Notes under the pieces: model-generated
What the model saw: only the letters and a program-made list of their open reading frames with translations
What the model was told of the DNA's origin: nothing
Databases searched by the model: none
In this document: positions 1-13,039 of the stretch, in pieces
Layout: every line of letters begins with the position of its first letter
Numbering within the stretch: position 1 is the stretch's first letter
Source of the DNA: Azolla caroliniana
Taxonomy: Eukaryota; Plantae; Polypodiophyta
Length of the DNA: 64,000 nucleotides
Direction: 5' to 3'
Assembly (NCBI GenBank): GCA_043228905.1
Contig: JBHGNT010000015.1
Coordinates: forward strand, 13,268,001-13,332,000
Position numbers and translations under genes: made by a program

Positions 1-2745
1 TCGATCTAATGTGGCACATGTGAAGCAAAGGGATGAATTTGTAGTGGATCCTACTACAATAATTGATATGTGTTCATTACTTTAAAGAGCTGATTGGCCC
101 GCAACTGTTAATGACAAATGAGGTGAGTAGAGCACGCCATGAGTTTTATGATGTGGTTGGATGTATTGTGCATGACCTCATTAGTCATGAATTGGGTACG
201 GATTTCACTAAGGATGAGGTGGTCACGGTTTTAAGGCATCTTCCTAGTGGTAAGGGCCCTGGTTGGGATGGCTTGACAAATGAAGTTTTTAAGCGATATT
301 CAAACATTTTAAAGGGGCCCTTAACTTTGATGTTTCAACATTGTCGGGATTCTGGTTCTATGCCTCAAGCTTGGAAGGTTGGTCTAATTAAAGTAGTTCT
401 GAAGGTGGCATCTCTCGAGTCATTTCATCAATGGAGACCTATTTCTTTGATAGGGGGGTTGTATAAGATATTTACAAAGGACTTGGCAAATAGATTACAA
501 AAGGATTTGCCAAAGTTGATACATCCCATCCAATATGGTTCTATTGTAGGTAGGAATATATTGCATAATGTGTTGAATGTTCAAATGGCCATAGATTATG
601 CACAAAACACTCATCAAGAATTGATTATGGTGCAATTAGTTTTGGAGTAAGCTTATGATCATGTTAATTGGTCCTTTGTTTCTAGGTTAATGCATAAAAT
701 GGGCTTTGGACCACACATATCTCGCCTCATATTTTTATTAGGACAAGATATGATGTCTTGAGTAATGCTTAATGGGAGAGTTACATTAGATATTGCCCTC
801 ACAAGATTTGTTTGTCAAAGATGCCCACTTAGCCCATTTTTGTTTGCTATTGTTACTCATCCCTTGTTAGTGATGTTATCAGGCTTGTAGCAAATGGTGA
901 CATTGTGGGTTTACACCTTCCGTATGGAGGGCAACTGGTAGCACAAGCTTTGGCAGATGATTCTTTCATGTTTCTACAAGCCTCACGAGAGAATCTTGAG
1001 AAGGGGATGCTTGTACTAAACCAATTTGCATTGGCTTCCGGATTACATATTAATAATTTGGAGGAAGTCTAATCTCATATCATGTACTAAAAGGGATTTT
1101 GAATGTTTAGGATGGCAAGGATTCGTGGTGAAGAAAGGCTCTATCTTTCGACACTTGGGGTATCCATTGGGAATGAAGTGGTCAATTGATTGAATGGATA
1201 TCTAGTAAGTTAAGGGATAAGTTCATGTATTGGAAGTCACAATATTGGCCATTTCATGTACACTTGAAGGTTGTACAATGTATTATGGAACCCATGATAT
1301 TATATTACTTGTCATTGTTGCCATGGACAAAGATAACTTTGCATTTTGTTTTGTAACCTCTTCGATATCTGTTGTGGAAGAAGAGGAATAAGATGGGAAT
1401 CACATGGGTTGCGTGTCCAATCATCTAGCAACCCCTAAGCGCTTGGGGGGAGCTAGAATATTGGACTTACCTATGCATATGATGGCTCGTAGATTTTCAT
1501 TATTACAAGACATGTGTTCAGACTCACAACTATGGATATCTATTGTTCAATATTTCATTGAGAACAAGGGTTTAACACATGGGAGGACAACGATTAAGAC
1601 TTCATGGTGGCAATTATTGAATGGATGTATTTCACTTAAGATTTCACGCTCTTCATGTGTTCAACACTTGGTTATTTCATGGCAAGAATCCCTCTTGTTA
1701 TGTGTATGGAAACCACCACATAGTAGAGAACATTGTAATTCTTTACAAAAAAAGTTATTTGTGTCTTCTTGGTTATTATGTTAGCCAGGAAAGGAGAGAT
1801 TGTGTTCTCAGTTTAATTGTTTGTTTCTTTTGGGGGTCAAAGAGGTGGGAGTTATAGTTGACGCTCCATCTCAAAGAATTTTGGAGTTTGTCGAAGCGCG
1901 ACAATTATCACACATCCCGCCTAATTATGGGTTTATGTGGAAACAACTACAAAATATTTCATTGATGCAAGGTCCTTTACCTCTACAAACAGGAGAACAA
2001 CCATGAATTGATTGGTGTTACAGGGTCAGACACCATTGTTACAAGTGACAACTAATCTTTTGTATCATTGCTCCATTGAGTAGCTTGGATGGCTATCATC
2101 TAAGGCTGAAGAAGAAGGGAAAATACACAAATCTAATCATGGGTGGTGGCAAATCTTAAAGCATAGTTGGCATTCTAAATTGCCAAATGTAGCAAAGGTC
2201 TTCATTTGGGGAGTTTTTGATTGGAGGATTACCTTTAAGAGTAGCTCTGAAGCGTTGTGGACTAGGAACGGGTAATTGCTTCTTTTGCATGGTTCAAATG
2301 GAAGATAATACTCATCATTTTATACAATGTCTGATCCCTTGTCAGATTTGGAGTTACATTTCTCAAATTTGACAAATTTTATCACAATGTTCTTTGATGC
2401 CTAGATAGTGGGTGTTTGCACAATTTACAAAGAATGACCCAAAATCAGAGATGGAAATCGTTTTCCTATTTCTTAAATATTGGGGATTGTGTCATAGTTG
2501 GGATATGCGCAATGCTTTTGTATTTGATGGTAGGCATGGAGTGAAAGCATATTTGCAAAAGTTGAAGGGAGCATTAATGTGGCAATTTTCTTTATTAGAG
2601 CAAGTGGAAATTCTTTCCTCAATGGAGTGTTCGTCTTGCCTATTGACAATTCAACATGTTCCACTACCCATGTAGTGTAGTTAGTGGGTGACCATACTCC
2701 ATTGTGGCACCCATTGTAAGTAGTGTTTTTCACACACTTTTTTTA
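1..2745 (+). mobile_element. Decayed L1-clade LINE, 3' part of ORF2 (RT + zf-RVT), running off the window start
   Basis: ORF 63-650 has L1 RT motifs (LPSGKGPGWDG, WRPISL, KLIHPIQYG, GRNILHN). Downstream broken frames give D..AYD, LADD, FRHLGYPLG and PKRLGGARILD. A zf-RVT-like C-FFC...E...H.F..C lies at about 2270-2330. Many stops and frameshifts. Confidence 0.9.
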
Positions 2746-2866
2746 ATATAATTATGTGTTTTCACCGAATTAGAATTTTTATCGTCCATAAAGAGGCCAA
2801 ATTTGACCTATGGGACTAGAGTATACATGTGTTCTTGATATATGTCTCCTTCCTAAGAAGGGGTAT

Positions 2867-2870
<4 letters not shown>

Positions 2871-2900
<30 letters not shown>
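2871..2900. repeat. (AG)n microsatellite
   Basis: Read directly from the sequence. Confidence 0.95.
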
Positions 2901-2905
<5 letters not shown>

Positions 2906-2967
2906 GTGTTAGGAAAGAGAGCATATTATGAAATTGAGAGAATACTATGCATTTTGTGTTAGTGCGG

Positions 2968-3536
2968 TGTCATGCCTTTCGGCGCCGGATCGTTGTATGA
3001 GTCGAGTGGAAACCGTCAAGGTTTTGGACTAGGAGAAGGAGAATTTTAAGACAGATAAGAATATGAATTTAGATTGAAAGAGAGAGATATAGAAAACTCA
3101 TGAATCCCACGAGTATAGTTTATTAGATTAATCCATATTTAAAACTCTAATAATACCCAATAATTTTTACCCCAAAATTTATCAATCCCCCAAATTTTCA
3201 TACCCAATTACATTTTACTCCCATCCTTATATAGTGATGGGAGAGGCTAAGTGTAACTTAGCACATAGCAATCCATGCTTTTTCTAAGTTCTAACTTTAG
3301 TGTTCATAACTTCATACACACTAGATGTGCACGAGTAGTTTTTTTTCCTAGAAAATATGCGTGAGGATAACATTTTGTACATCGAAAATCTATTCTTTTA
3401 ACATTTATGATGTATTAGTGCAATGGTATGTTTGAAATTGTTAAAGTGGAGGTAATATTTTCTTCTTTTTTCTTCATACTTATTTAATCGGGTATTCCAT
3501 ATGTTTTTCACGTAGTGTACGAATTACACTACGACA
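2968..3536 (-). mobile_element. Old solo LTR of the tRNA-Trp-primed gypsy family (relative of B and C)
   Basis: Termini TGTCATGCCTTTCGG... and ...GAATTACACTACGACA match the ends of the LTRs at 41821-42700 and 48341-49207. The 4-bp flanks GCGG / ATGG are not identical. Confidence 0.85.
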
Positions 3537-3559
3537 ATGGGATTGTAGCATCCCTAAGC

Positions 3560-3712
3560 CAACATATGCTAATAGAAGAATCAATTATATCATGGACATC
3601 TATTCCATGGAGAGAAGAGGTGAGCAGAGAAGAATTGCTTGCTTTGTGAATTCAACAATTAGAGTGCCGACCTAAAGATGTAGAATTAGTAGCCCAACGA
3701 TTGAAGGAGGCT
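3560..3712 (+). pseudogene. Integrase C-terminal fragment of the Trp-primed gypsy family
   Basis: Translates to about MLIEESIISWTSIPWREEVSREELLAL*IQQLECRPKDV. This is homologous to PVMPTETAIATWTVLPWKEEMSREELLAVQIRQLEGRPADI in ORF 36523-38640. Confidence 0.8.
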
Positions 3713-4007
3713 TTAAGTGTCATGATATGGCAAGACTCAAACCCATGACCTTATGCTACATGGGTCAAGCTCTTGACCATTAGACTATACATTGTAATAC
3801 GTAAATTATTTTCATTTATGTTTTATTATAGAAAATTGATGTATATTCCAGATTTCTCTGGAACATTCTAGAAACTTCAGGAGTATTCCTTAGAACACTA
3901 TAAAAGGAGGCACAAGGCATTATTTCGAACCAAATCGGTTCAACGCCAGTCTTAAGCCTCCTAGCTACTGTACATTTTCTTCACATAATATATATCTTTT
4001 CTTATCA

Positions 4008-4044
<37 letters not shown>

Positions 4045-4233
4045 CTCTCTCTCCCTCCCTCTCACTCACTCTTTCCTTCTCTCGAGAGTTCTTCACCTCT
4101 CTTAGTACTAATACTTCTTTTAGTACTAATTCCTTCTCTGTCTTAGTATTGTTCCTGACAGTTTGAACCGATTTTCTTACCTTCTGTCTCTCTCATTTCC
4201 TACTAATCTCTTATTCCTCTTTTCTTTCATCCC

Positions 4234-5405
4234 ATGGCCACTGTTAGCGCTGAAGAATATCAATCTGTTTTCTCGGAATTTCAATGCTTGAAAGAGAAGT
4301 TCCATGCTTTGGAACAGGAAAACCAACGGTTGCTGGGGGATCTTCAGCAAATCTCCTTAGAAAAGCAGCAAACACAACAACAGCATGGGGAACTTGCGTT
4401 ACACGTGCAACAACTTGAAGCCACCATCGTAGCGATGCAACAACAAGGGCCCGGAACACAAGGAATTCATAAAGAACCCAAGATTGGCCTTCCCATGAAG
4501 TTCGATGGAACGCGATCGCAGTTTAGAGGGTTCCTTAACCAGGTACGATTAGTTATTCAAATGCATCCTTCCCGATATCCCACCGATGCATCATGAGTGG
4601 GTTTAGTAGGCACTTTGTTAAGTGGCTCAGCGTTGGCATGGTTCGCTCCACTTTTAGAAAAGGAATCTCCCTATTAGAAAAGGAATCTCCGTTACTCAAC
4701 AATTTTGAAGAGTTTCTAGGTGAGTTTAAAGCATGTTTCGGAGATACTGACAGCATCAGGACCGCAATCAACAAAATTCGGCGATTACGCCAAGGTGACC
4801 GTCCAGCCTCCGCATACGCTGCAAATTTTCGCCTACTCGCCGTTGATATCCCTTGGGATGATCAAGCGTTGATGGAGCAATTCCATTATGGTTTACGCAA
4901 CGACATCAAGGATTTACTCTTGACCTTCCCCAAAGAGCCAAAGTCCTTAACAGATGCAATCAGTCACGCGGTGAGATGTGACAACTGCCTCTTTGAGCGA
5001 CGTTCAGAACGACAGCTACAAATGCCGAGGGCAAGATCAGAGCCCACCTACGCCTCAGTGGTATCAAGACCTTTTCCGAGGGAGTCATATAATGCGCCTC
5101 CAGCGAATACTCCGACTCCGATGGAGATTGACACTACACGTCGTCGAGGGCCATTATCCGAAGAAGAAAAGCAGCGACGCCGTACAAATCGACTATGTCT
5201 TTACTGTGGTGGACCAAGACATATTGCAATAAATTGCCCCCATAGGCCAAGAAGACAGGTAAACCAAATAGTCGCTAGTTCTAATTGTACTAAACCCGAG
5301 CCTATTTCAGTAGGGATATCTGATAGTCCTAATAGTACTAATAGCCCAGATCTAGCGAACAGATTTGATGTCCTTAGTCAGTTAGAAGAAGAGTTAAATG
5401 ACTAA
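4234..5405 (+). pseudogene. gag: Element A gag (retrotransposon gag + CCHC knuckle)
   Basis: EPKIGLPMKFDG, LRQG...YAANFR and CLYCGGPRHIAINC motifs. Broken by TGA at 4594 and by a 20-bp tandem duplication (4651-4690) that exactly explains the frame change between the two ORFs. Confidence 0.9.
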
Positions 5406-8400
5406 GTCCAGCCAAAATAGGAGCCGTTTGGTTGGACAGCCCTAGATCTGTGCAGCCCATTAGTGGTTCCATTCCCTCTAAGCAAGTTAGTGATGTGTTC
5501 GTAGCCCAAGTAATAGTTAGTACTAAAAGTACCCCTCCAGTACATGTCCTAGCACTCCTAGATTCCGGAGCTAACTCTTGCTTTATGGATAAGAAATTTG
5601 CTCAAGCTAATAAGATATCTCTAAGAAAACTCCAGTGTCCAGCCTCTGTAGTAGTCATTGATGGACGTCCCATTGCTTCCGGATATATCATAGAAGAGTC
5701 AGAGCCCATTAATATTGTCCTAGATAACTTAGCATGTGTAGTATCATTTAATATTATTAGTATCCCAAAACATCCCATAGTTTTAGGATTACTGTGGTTC
5801 GAGTTCCATAACCCAGACATAGATTGGAGAACAAGAGAAATCCGGTGTCGACAAACCCAAGGGTCAACTCAGAAGATGGCAACCATTTCGCTATGTCAGT
5901 TGCGTAAAGAAGGGCGCAAGGAAGAAATGTTCCTCTTTGCAATACCAGTAAACCCCTCCAGCACCACTAAAGAAGAATCCACCGTTCAACTTCCTGAGAA
6001 GTATCGTCATTACATCGATGTGTTCGATAAAGTACAAGCCAACACACTTCCTCATCATCGACCGTACGATTGCCCCATCGATTTACAACCGGGAAAAGAA
6101 CTGCCATGGGGACCGATCTACAATTTGTCACCAACCGAGCTGGAAGTCCTTCGGGCCTATATAGAGGAGAATTTGGAAAATGGTTTCATTCGGCATTCGA
6201 AATCTCCAGTTGGCGTGGCCATTTTCTTCGTCAAGAAAAAGGATGGATCGCTTCGTCTCGTTGTAGATTACCGTGGCCTGAATAAGGTTACAATCAGGAA
6301 TAGGTATGCTCTTCCCCTTATCTCAAGTCTTTTAGAACGGATCAATGGTGCCAAGTTCTTCACGAAGATCGACTTACGGGGAGCATATAACCTCGTACGG
6401 ATCCGACCAGGAGACGAATGGAAGACCACGTTTCGCACCAGATATGGGCACTTCGGGTATACGGTCATGCCGTTCGGCCTCACTAATGCGCTAGCAGTCT
6501 TTCAGCACATGGCTAATGATATATTCCGAGATCTATTGGATGATTGTTTGATCATCTATTTGGATGATCTACTGGTTTATTCAAAGACCCAAGAAGAACA
6601 TGATTCTCATGTACTATTAGTACTAAAATGACTTCGAGAACATGGTCTGTATGCAAAGCTGGAAAAATGTAGTTTCGGGTGCAACCAAGTGGAATTTCTC
6701 GGGTACATCGTTTCGTCAGAAGGCATCTCCATGGACCCAACTAAGGTCAAAACGGTGGTAGAATGGCAGACTCCGCGTTCAGTGCGGGATGTGCAATGCT
6801 TTCTAGGCTTTGCCAATTTTTACCGAAAGTTCATACAAGATTACTCAAAGATCGTTCTACCTCTCACACAACTTACCAGGAAGGGACAACCATTCATCTG
6901 GTCTGAAGAAACGGACATGGCTTTCGAGAGTCTTAAAAAGGCATTTACATCGGCTCCAATTCTAGCTCATGTCGATCCGGAAAAACCATTCATTATCGAA
7001 GCTGACACATCGGATTTTGCATTGGGGAGCATTCTGTCACAACAGGGGAATGATGAGAAGCTACATCCTGTGGCTTTTCACTCACGCAAGTTTGACGCCG
7101 CCGAAATCAACTACGAAATTCATGATAAGGAGCTATTGGCAATAGTGGATTCTTTTATGCAATGGAGGCATTTTCTAGAGGGATCCTCTCATCCAGTCAC
7201 TGTATTTAGTGACCACAAGAACCTTGCCTACTTTCAGGATGCTCGTGTGTTGAATCGACGTCAAGCTCGGTGGGCCCACTTCCTCACGCGTTTCGACTTC
7301 AAAATTACATATCGTCCGGGGAAGCACCAAGGGAAAGCAGCTGCATTATCACGGCGTTCATATCTAGCACCCCGTCCCGGCGAGCCAGCTTTCGATAACC
7401 AAAAACAAGTCATCTTGGGACCGGCACGACTACAAGCAACACAGATCTTTGACATGCCCATGGATTCCCGCGTTATCGATACCATACGCGAAGACTTGAA
7501 GACAGATGCGTTCGCCCAAGCTATACTAGCACAAATTGATCCCTCTCGAGCGTTGTGTTCACAGTCGCAACCACCAGGTACAGACTATCGGCAATTCAAA
7601 TACCATGATGGATTACTCTTCTTTAAAGAACTTTTGTATGTTCCTAATGGTTCTTGCCGTCTTCAAGTAGTACAAAACTGTCATGACACATATACAGCTG
7701 GGCATTTTGGTAGTACTAAAACATTACATTTAGTACAACGATCATTCTGGTGGCCCTATATGCGACAATTTGTCGAGGATTTTGTTCGGACTTGTGATAC
7801 ATGCTGCAAAGCGAAAATGCCAAGGCATCATCCATATGGTTTATTAGAACCATTACCAATTCCAAGCAAGCCGTGGCAATCTATTGCTCTAGACTTCATC
7901 ACAGATCTTCCAGTCTCTAAGGGGTTCAATGCGATTCTAACGGTGGTTGATCGATATACGAAGATGGCTCATTTCTTGCCATGTACTAAGGAGATCTCCA
8001 GTGAAGACATTGCCAAAATTGTCATGCGTGAAGTATGTCGGCATCATGGACTTCCCGATAGTATCATCAGCGACCGTGGACCCCAGTTCGTGTCAAAATT
8101 CTGGAAGCACCTTTTTAACATGCTCAAGGTCACTTGTAACCTTTCCTCCGGCTACCACCCCCAAACTGATGGCCAAGCTGAACGAACCAATCAAACGCTG
8201 GAGCAGTCTCTGCGGTGCTTTCTCAGCTATCATCAGGATGACTGGGCAGATATTCTCCACTTCGCCGAATTTGCCTATAACAACTCTATCCACGCATCCA
8301 CTAAAGTTACGCCATTTTATGCTTATACGGGATGTCACCCTCGGTGGTGTGTACTTGAAACCCCAGAGGTATCCACAAATCCTTGCGCAGAAGATCGTTT

Positions 8401-8989
8401 GGAGAGGTTACGCAAGATACAAGCGGATGTATCTACTCACCTCCAACAAGCTCAACAAACACACAAGGTTTATGTGGATCGTCATCGACTCCCATCTAGT
8501 TTTAACATTGGAGATCGGGTATGGCTACTCCGACGACACATCAAGACCACTCGCCCATGCGAGAAGTTCGATTATCGGCGATTAGGTCCTTTCCGTATTA
8601 TAGGAAAGATTAATGATGTCGCTTTTCGTCTTGATCTACCTCCACAACTTCGGATACATCCGGTGTTTCATAGTTCTCTCCTCGAACCCTATCAAGAGAG
8701 CACCATCCTAGGACGTATTACACAGCCTCCACCCCCGATCGAGCTTGAAGATGGACCTGAGTACGAGGTTGCCGCCATCCTTGACTCCAAGCTTGTTCGC
8801 AACAAGCTCTACTATCTAGTCGATTGGCTAGGATATAGTCCCAGCGAGCGTACTTGGGAACCGATAGAGAATGTCACCAATGCTCGTGCTCTTCTTGAAG
8901 ACTTCCATCGTCAATATCCAGACAAACCGGGTCCTCAATCCAAAACGACTCGTTACACTCGTCGTTTTAAAGGGGGGATAGTGTCATGA
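5393..8989 (+). pseudogene. pol: Element A pol: protease-RT-RNase H-integrase-chromodomain, in the -1 frame relative to gag
   Basis: LLDSGA, YLDD, EADTSD, HHCC/DDE and GPF motifs, then chromodomain EYEVAAILD...YLVDWLGY...TWEP. In-frame TGA at 5399 and 6629 (probable CGA>TGA). The stop codon lies inside the 3' LTR. Confidence 0.93.
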
Positions 8990-9398
8990 TATGGCAAGGC
9001 TCGAACCCATGTCATTATGCTACATGGGTCGAGCTCTTGACCATTAGACTATACATTGTAATACGTAGAATATTATTTTCATTTATGTTTTATTATAGAA
9101 AATTGATGTATATTCCAGATTTCTCTGGAACATTCTAGAAACTTCAGGAGTATTCCTTAGAACACTATAAAAGGAGGCACAAGGCATTATTTCGAACCAA
9201 ATCGGTTCAACGCCAGTCTTAAGCCTCCTAGCTACTGTACATTTTCTTCACATAATATATATCTTTTCTTATCATCACTCTCTCTCTCTCTCGATCTCTC
9301 TCTCCCTCCCTCTCACTCACTCTTTCCTTCTCTCGAGAGTTCTTCACCTCTCTTAGTACTAATACTTCTTTTAGTACTAATTCCTTCTTTTAGTACCA

Positions 9399-9917
9399 TG
9401 TAATGTCATATAGCACACATGCAAGAGCCTCTCTACATGTGCGCCACATGGCCCACATGCAAAACCATCCCATTCCTATAAAAGGAGAAGGGAGTATAGT
9501 CACAAGGATATCAATAAAATTGAATAGAATTATATTGTAAGAGATATCATAATAGAGAAACAGGGAGAGAAGGTGATATATACCATCTTTAAAAGATAAG
9601 AGAAGAGCTAGATTGGCAGTTGTGGTGCTTAACTCGCAACGAAAGGGCAGAGGTTTGAGTATTATCCTGAAGATACAAGGGAAGATTGTGGTCTACTATC
9701 AAGAAAGAGAAGAGTGATTACCTTGTGACACAAAGTGCAAAGGTTCAACGAGGCTCGTAACTATTTTGTAACTCTTTCATCAAATAATTATAAATTGCTT
9801 ACATTCCCTTGAATATCATTTTACATCAAATCTTGTTTATCTTTGTTTACTACATGTTTATTCTTTTCATCTCTTTCGTCCAAAATCCCAGATTGTGGTT
9901 CCTTCCTCACTTTCACA
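9399..9917 (+). mobile_element. Possible solo or partial LTR of another family
   Basis: Starts TGTAA directly at the truncation of A's 3' LTR and has TATAAAAGG at about 9477. It ends at TTACA (9803) or TCACA (9917). No TSD and no second copy in the window. Confidence 0.35.
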
Positions 9918-9949
9918 TTATCTTTTGTCTATGCAACACTATGCTATTG

Positions 9950-11325
9950 GGCGAGCCACGCCACGCCAACATCCCGAACTTGGTGCAAGATTATCGAATT
10001 GTCGTTTGGCAATTGAATTGGGACTTCTTTGATGCCTGCAATTATGCACTCCTACTTGTTGCCTAGTGGTATTGTGCTGCCGGCTCTAGCTGAATAGTCC
10101 GGAAACCATTTGATGTCGGGGGTCACATGAAATGTGGTGCCGGAATCTAGCAACCACGTTCACGCGTCTTGCGCACTATATAGATTTCTCCGGTCGACGA
10201 GTCTTCTAGGGAGAGGACTTCTCGCGACCGGGATTCGGCAACATTGACTTAGTTGCCTGTAGGAGAACGATTCGAGTCAGATTGTCCTTGTGTCCAATCG
10301 AATCGCCGACCGTTCTCCTTCTTTTTATCAACCAATAGTTGAAAACATTGTGGCCAACCTTTTTGCAATATGTGTAGAAGGTGTTCAACCGACTATTTCT
10401 TGACTTCGACCACTGTCGATCGTCCCTCCTCTTTAGCCGACTAGTGTTTCAGCCAACTCTTTTGGCTAGCTTAATCAAGTGGTGGGCTTCTACTAAATCG
10501 TCAATGGTAAGACCCATTGATTGTCGTCAGATGTCTTTCGACAAGATTTGTTTGATTGTTTCGTCCAAATTGAGAGTTAGATAGTTGTTGGTGAACGTTG
10601 TACAGAAGACTTCACAGCTCGCCGACAAGCTTGAAAGGAGGGCAAGAGCCTTAACTTCTTCTTTGAAGTTAATCCCTTGATAGGAGAGTTCACACAACAC
10701 CTGACTAAAGTTGTTGATGTGGGAAGTTTCCAAATCTGATTCTCTCATCTTCATATCGAAGAGTTGTCTTATCAATATGAATTTTGACGAGGAGGATTTC
10801 TTCTCATATACATCCTGTAACTTCTTCCACAAGGAAAATGTCGATGTCTCTTTGGCTATGTTGAAGTAGACGTTCTCGTTCAGGTGCATCCAAATGGTTT
10901 ACCTGGCTATCTTGTTCATGGATCACCATTCTTCTATAGTCATTGAAGCCGGCTTGGTGTTATGCCTTATTGCTTCAACTTGTCACCGGATGATGAGAAC
11001 ATCCTGCATCATCTCCTTCCATAGAGCAAAATGTTTGCAGCTGTCAAACTTCCGTATTTCCTCATTTGTGTCGGATGCTGAAGCCATTTTCTGTGGGAAG
11101 TGAGAGGTTTTTTTACCTCGTTTTTCCTTTATTCGATTCTTCTCCTCAGATTTATGTTGTTGTTGTTGCTGGACTGCAAGTCGCTCTGATACCAAATGTT
11201 GAATATGGAGGTTGATGTTGCAAAATGTGATTGAGGACCTGTCTGTGTGCCTAGCAAATAACATTAGAAGCAAGCAAGAAAGAGATGTGCACTGTGACAA
11301 GATTCAAGAAGATGAAACAAACAAT

Positions 11326-11363
<38 letters not shown>

Positions 11364-11516
11364 TTTAAGCTCAAAGAGAACTATCTTACATTAACCATCG
11401 AACACCTTACATAGTCTCTCACATATATAGTTGGGGTAACTTAGCCCTAGCCCCTAATTGTGTGGACATGTTCTCACTAGGACAGAAATGGGTAGAGTGG
11501 GACTTTTAGCCTAACA
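9950..11516 (-). mobile_element. 5' remnant of a Ty1/copia element (LTR 11197-11516, Met-i PBS, gag, protease)
   Basis: PBS TGGTATCAGAGC (reverse complement at 11183-11194) next to an LTR with TGTTAG...CAACA ends. UBN2-type gag ORF 10527-10889, degenerate knuckle YCKKVGH, and protease WLLDSGTTFHVT at about 10123-10158. Confidence 0.85.
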
Positions 11517-12033
11517 CATAGAGTATAGTTGGTACCATCTAGCTTTCCGTCGGACTATGGAGGCAAGGAAATATGCAATGAAGTAGTGCAACATTCATGT
11601 ACAAGGTCATTATTACTCTCTATCTATCTCTCTATTGTGTTAGACAATGACTATAGGTATAGTCTTAATCTAGATCAACCTCTCAATTGTGAAACATGTT
11701 AGAAATATTGAGAATCAACTAGATAGGCATAGAGTCACACTCACAATTATGTATATATGTCAATACAAAATTTCCGCTACGTATGGGAGTAGCTCACAAT
11801 TGTAGTTCTCCTTCATATGCATATGTTAGAGCTTTAGATTGGATATGGTTATATTTGGTCTTATTGTCACATAAAATGTGTAAGCTAGTTGATAGTCATG
11901 GGGATATTTCTTTTATCAACCGATTTGTCATTTTTATATGATGTAGTTCACTAGATACTAGTTAGTGTTAGATAGTACTTATTTTAAAGCCAATAGCACA
12001 CACTTCAAGACTAAATACATTTTAACTTGCCAG

Positions 12034-12670
12034 CATAGATTGACACATGCGTGATATTCGTTATATTCTCCATATTCGAGAATGCAAAATGGGCCCAAGA
12101 ATATTAAAAAACCATTCGTTTTGTAAAATCAATATAAAAAATTTATTTATTTATTTAAATAAATGTATTTCACAAAAAAAAAACAATTATTCATTAATAG
12201 ATTATAATGTCAAGAGAGTTTATGAAACTTATTTTAATTAATTAATTTTTTAAAAACGAATATTTTTATATTTATTATACAAATATGATTACTAATTAGT
12301 ATGAACTTTGAACATATGATTAGTTTGAAGTACTATTTTTAATGCCAAGATAAAAAAATCCATAAATTTTGAGAAAATAAAAAGTGAGAAATTAATGAGC
12401 CTTTATTTCATTCTATTTATTTATTAAAAATAAAATGAATACTTATAAGTTATACATTTATTATAAAAATTTAGTAGTGTTGAGTCCCCAAAGTCCCTCT
12501 TTTATTTCCTATTTATTGTTAAGTTCCTTTCTTTTTATCCTAGGATTTTTTTTTTTTAAAGTTTTTTTTTTGGGGGGGGGGGGTTAAACGAATACTTGAC
12601 TACCCATTCGTATTCGTATTCGTTTGCATTCGAATGGGAAACCCGACGAATGCAAATATGTCAATCTATG
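12034..12670. mobile_element. hAT-superfamily MITE / non-autonomous DNA transposon
   Basis: Perfect 12-bp TIR CATAGATTGACA / TGTCAATCTATG and perfect 8-bp TSD CTTGCCAG (12026-12033 and 12671-12678). Subterminal TATTCG/CATTCG repeats and an AT-rich non-coding interior. Confidence 0.92.
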
Positions 12671-13039
12671 CTTGCCAGCAATAAATATTCTTTTAGTCAA
12701 CTTAACTAGTCAATCCCATTTTCCTAAATACATTCTATCCAACTTATCTACGATTTCTCACATTGACACCTCATTGATGCATATCGCTCGGTTGCACAAT
12801 AGGTGCTACTCATTTTGGGGTGCTATCACAAAATGTAAACTCTAAGAATACATGTGGGTATAAACTTACAATTTGTGGGTGTTGGCTATGTCTAACAATA
12901 TTCTTGCTATATAAACACTTAATTTTCATGATCATAAGTTTCTCAATCATTTTGATTGCATATTTTCCTATCCTGTCGTTGTGCTTATATCTCAAGAAGT
13001 AGACTTGGGAACTACTACCTTTTCTACACAACAAGAGAG

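Larger units (their letters stand above)
3718..9388 (+). mobile_element. Element A: near-complete Ty3/gypsy chromovirus (Tcn1-like); 5' LTR 3718-4160, 3' LTR 8982-~9388 (last ~20 bp missing)
   Basis: Direct LTR repeats with TGTCA...TGACA ends, TATA at 3899 and PPT AAGGGGGGATAG at 8970-8981. Domain order is gag-PR-RT-RH-INT-chromodomain. No tRNA PBS. TSD cannot be checked because the 3' end is truncated. Confidence 0.95.

Noticed and set aside
9391-9403. TAGTACCA-TGTAA as a minus-strand PBS/LTR junction
   Set aside because: Only TGGTA matches a Met PBS, and the TAGTAC motif is part of A's U5 repeats.
9616-9665. Another A/B-box-like string in the putative LTR at 9399
   Set aside because: Both boxes are too degenerate, and it is sense-oriented and downstream of the TATA. 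It was not counted as support.
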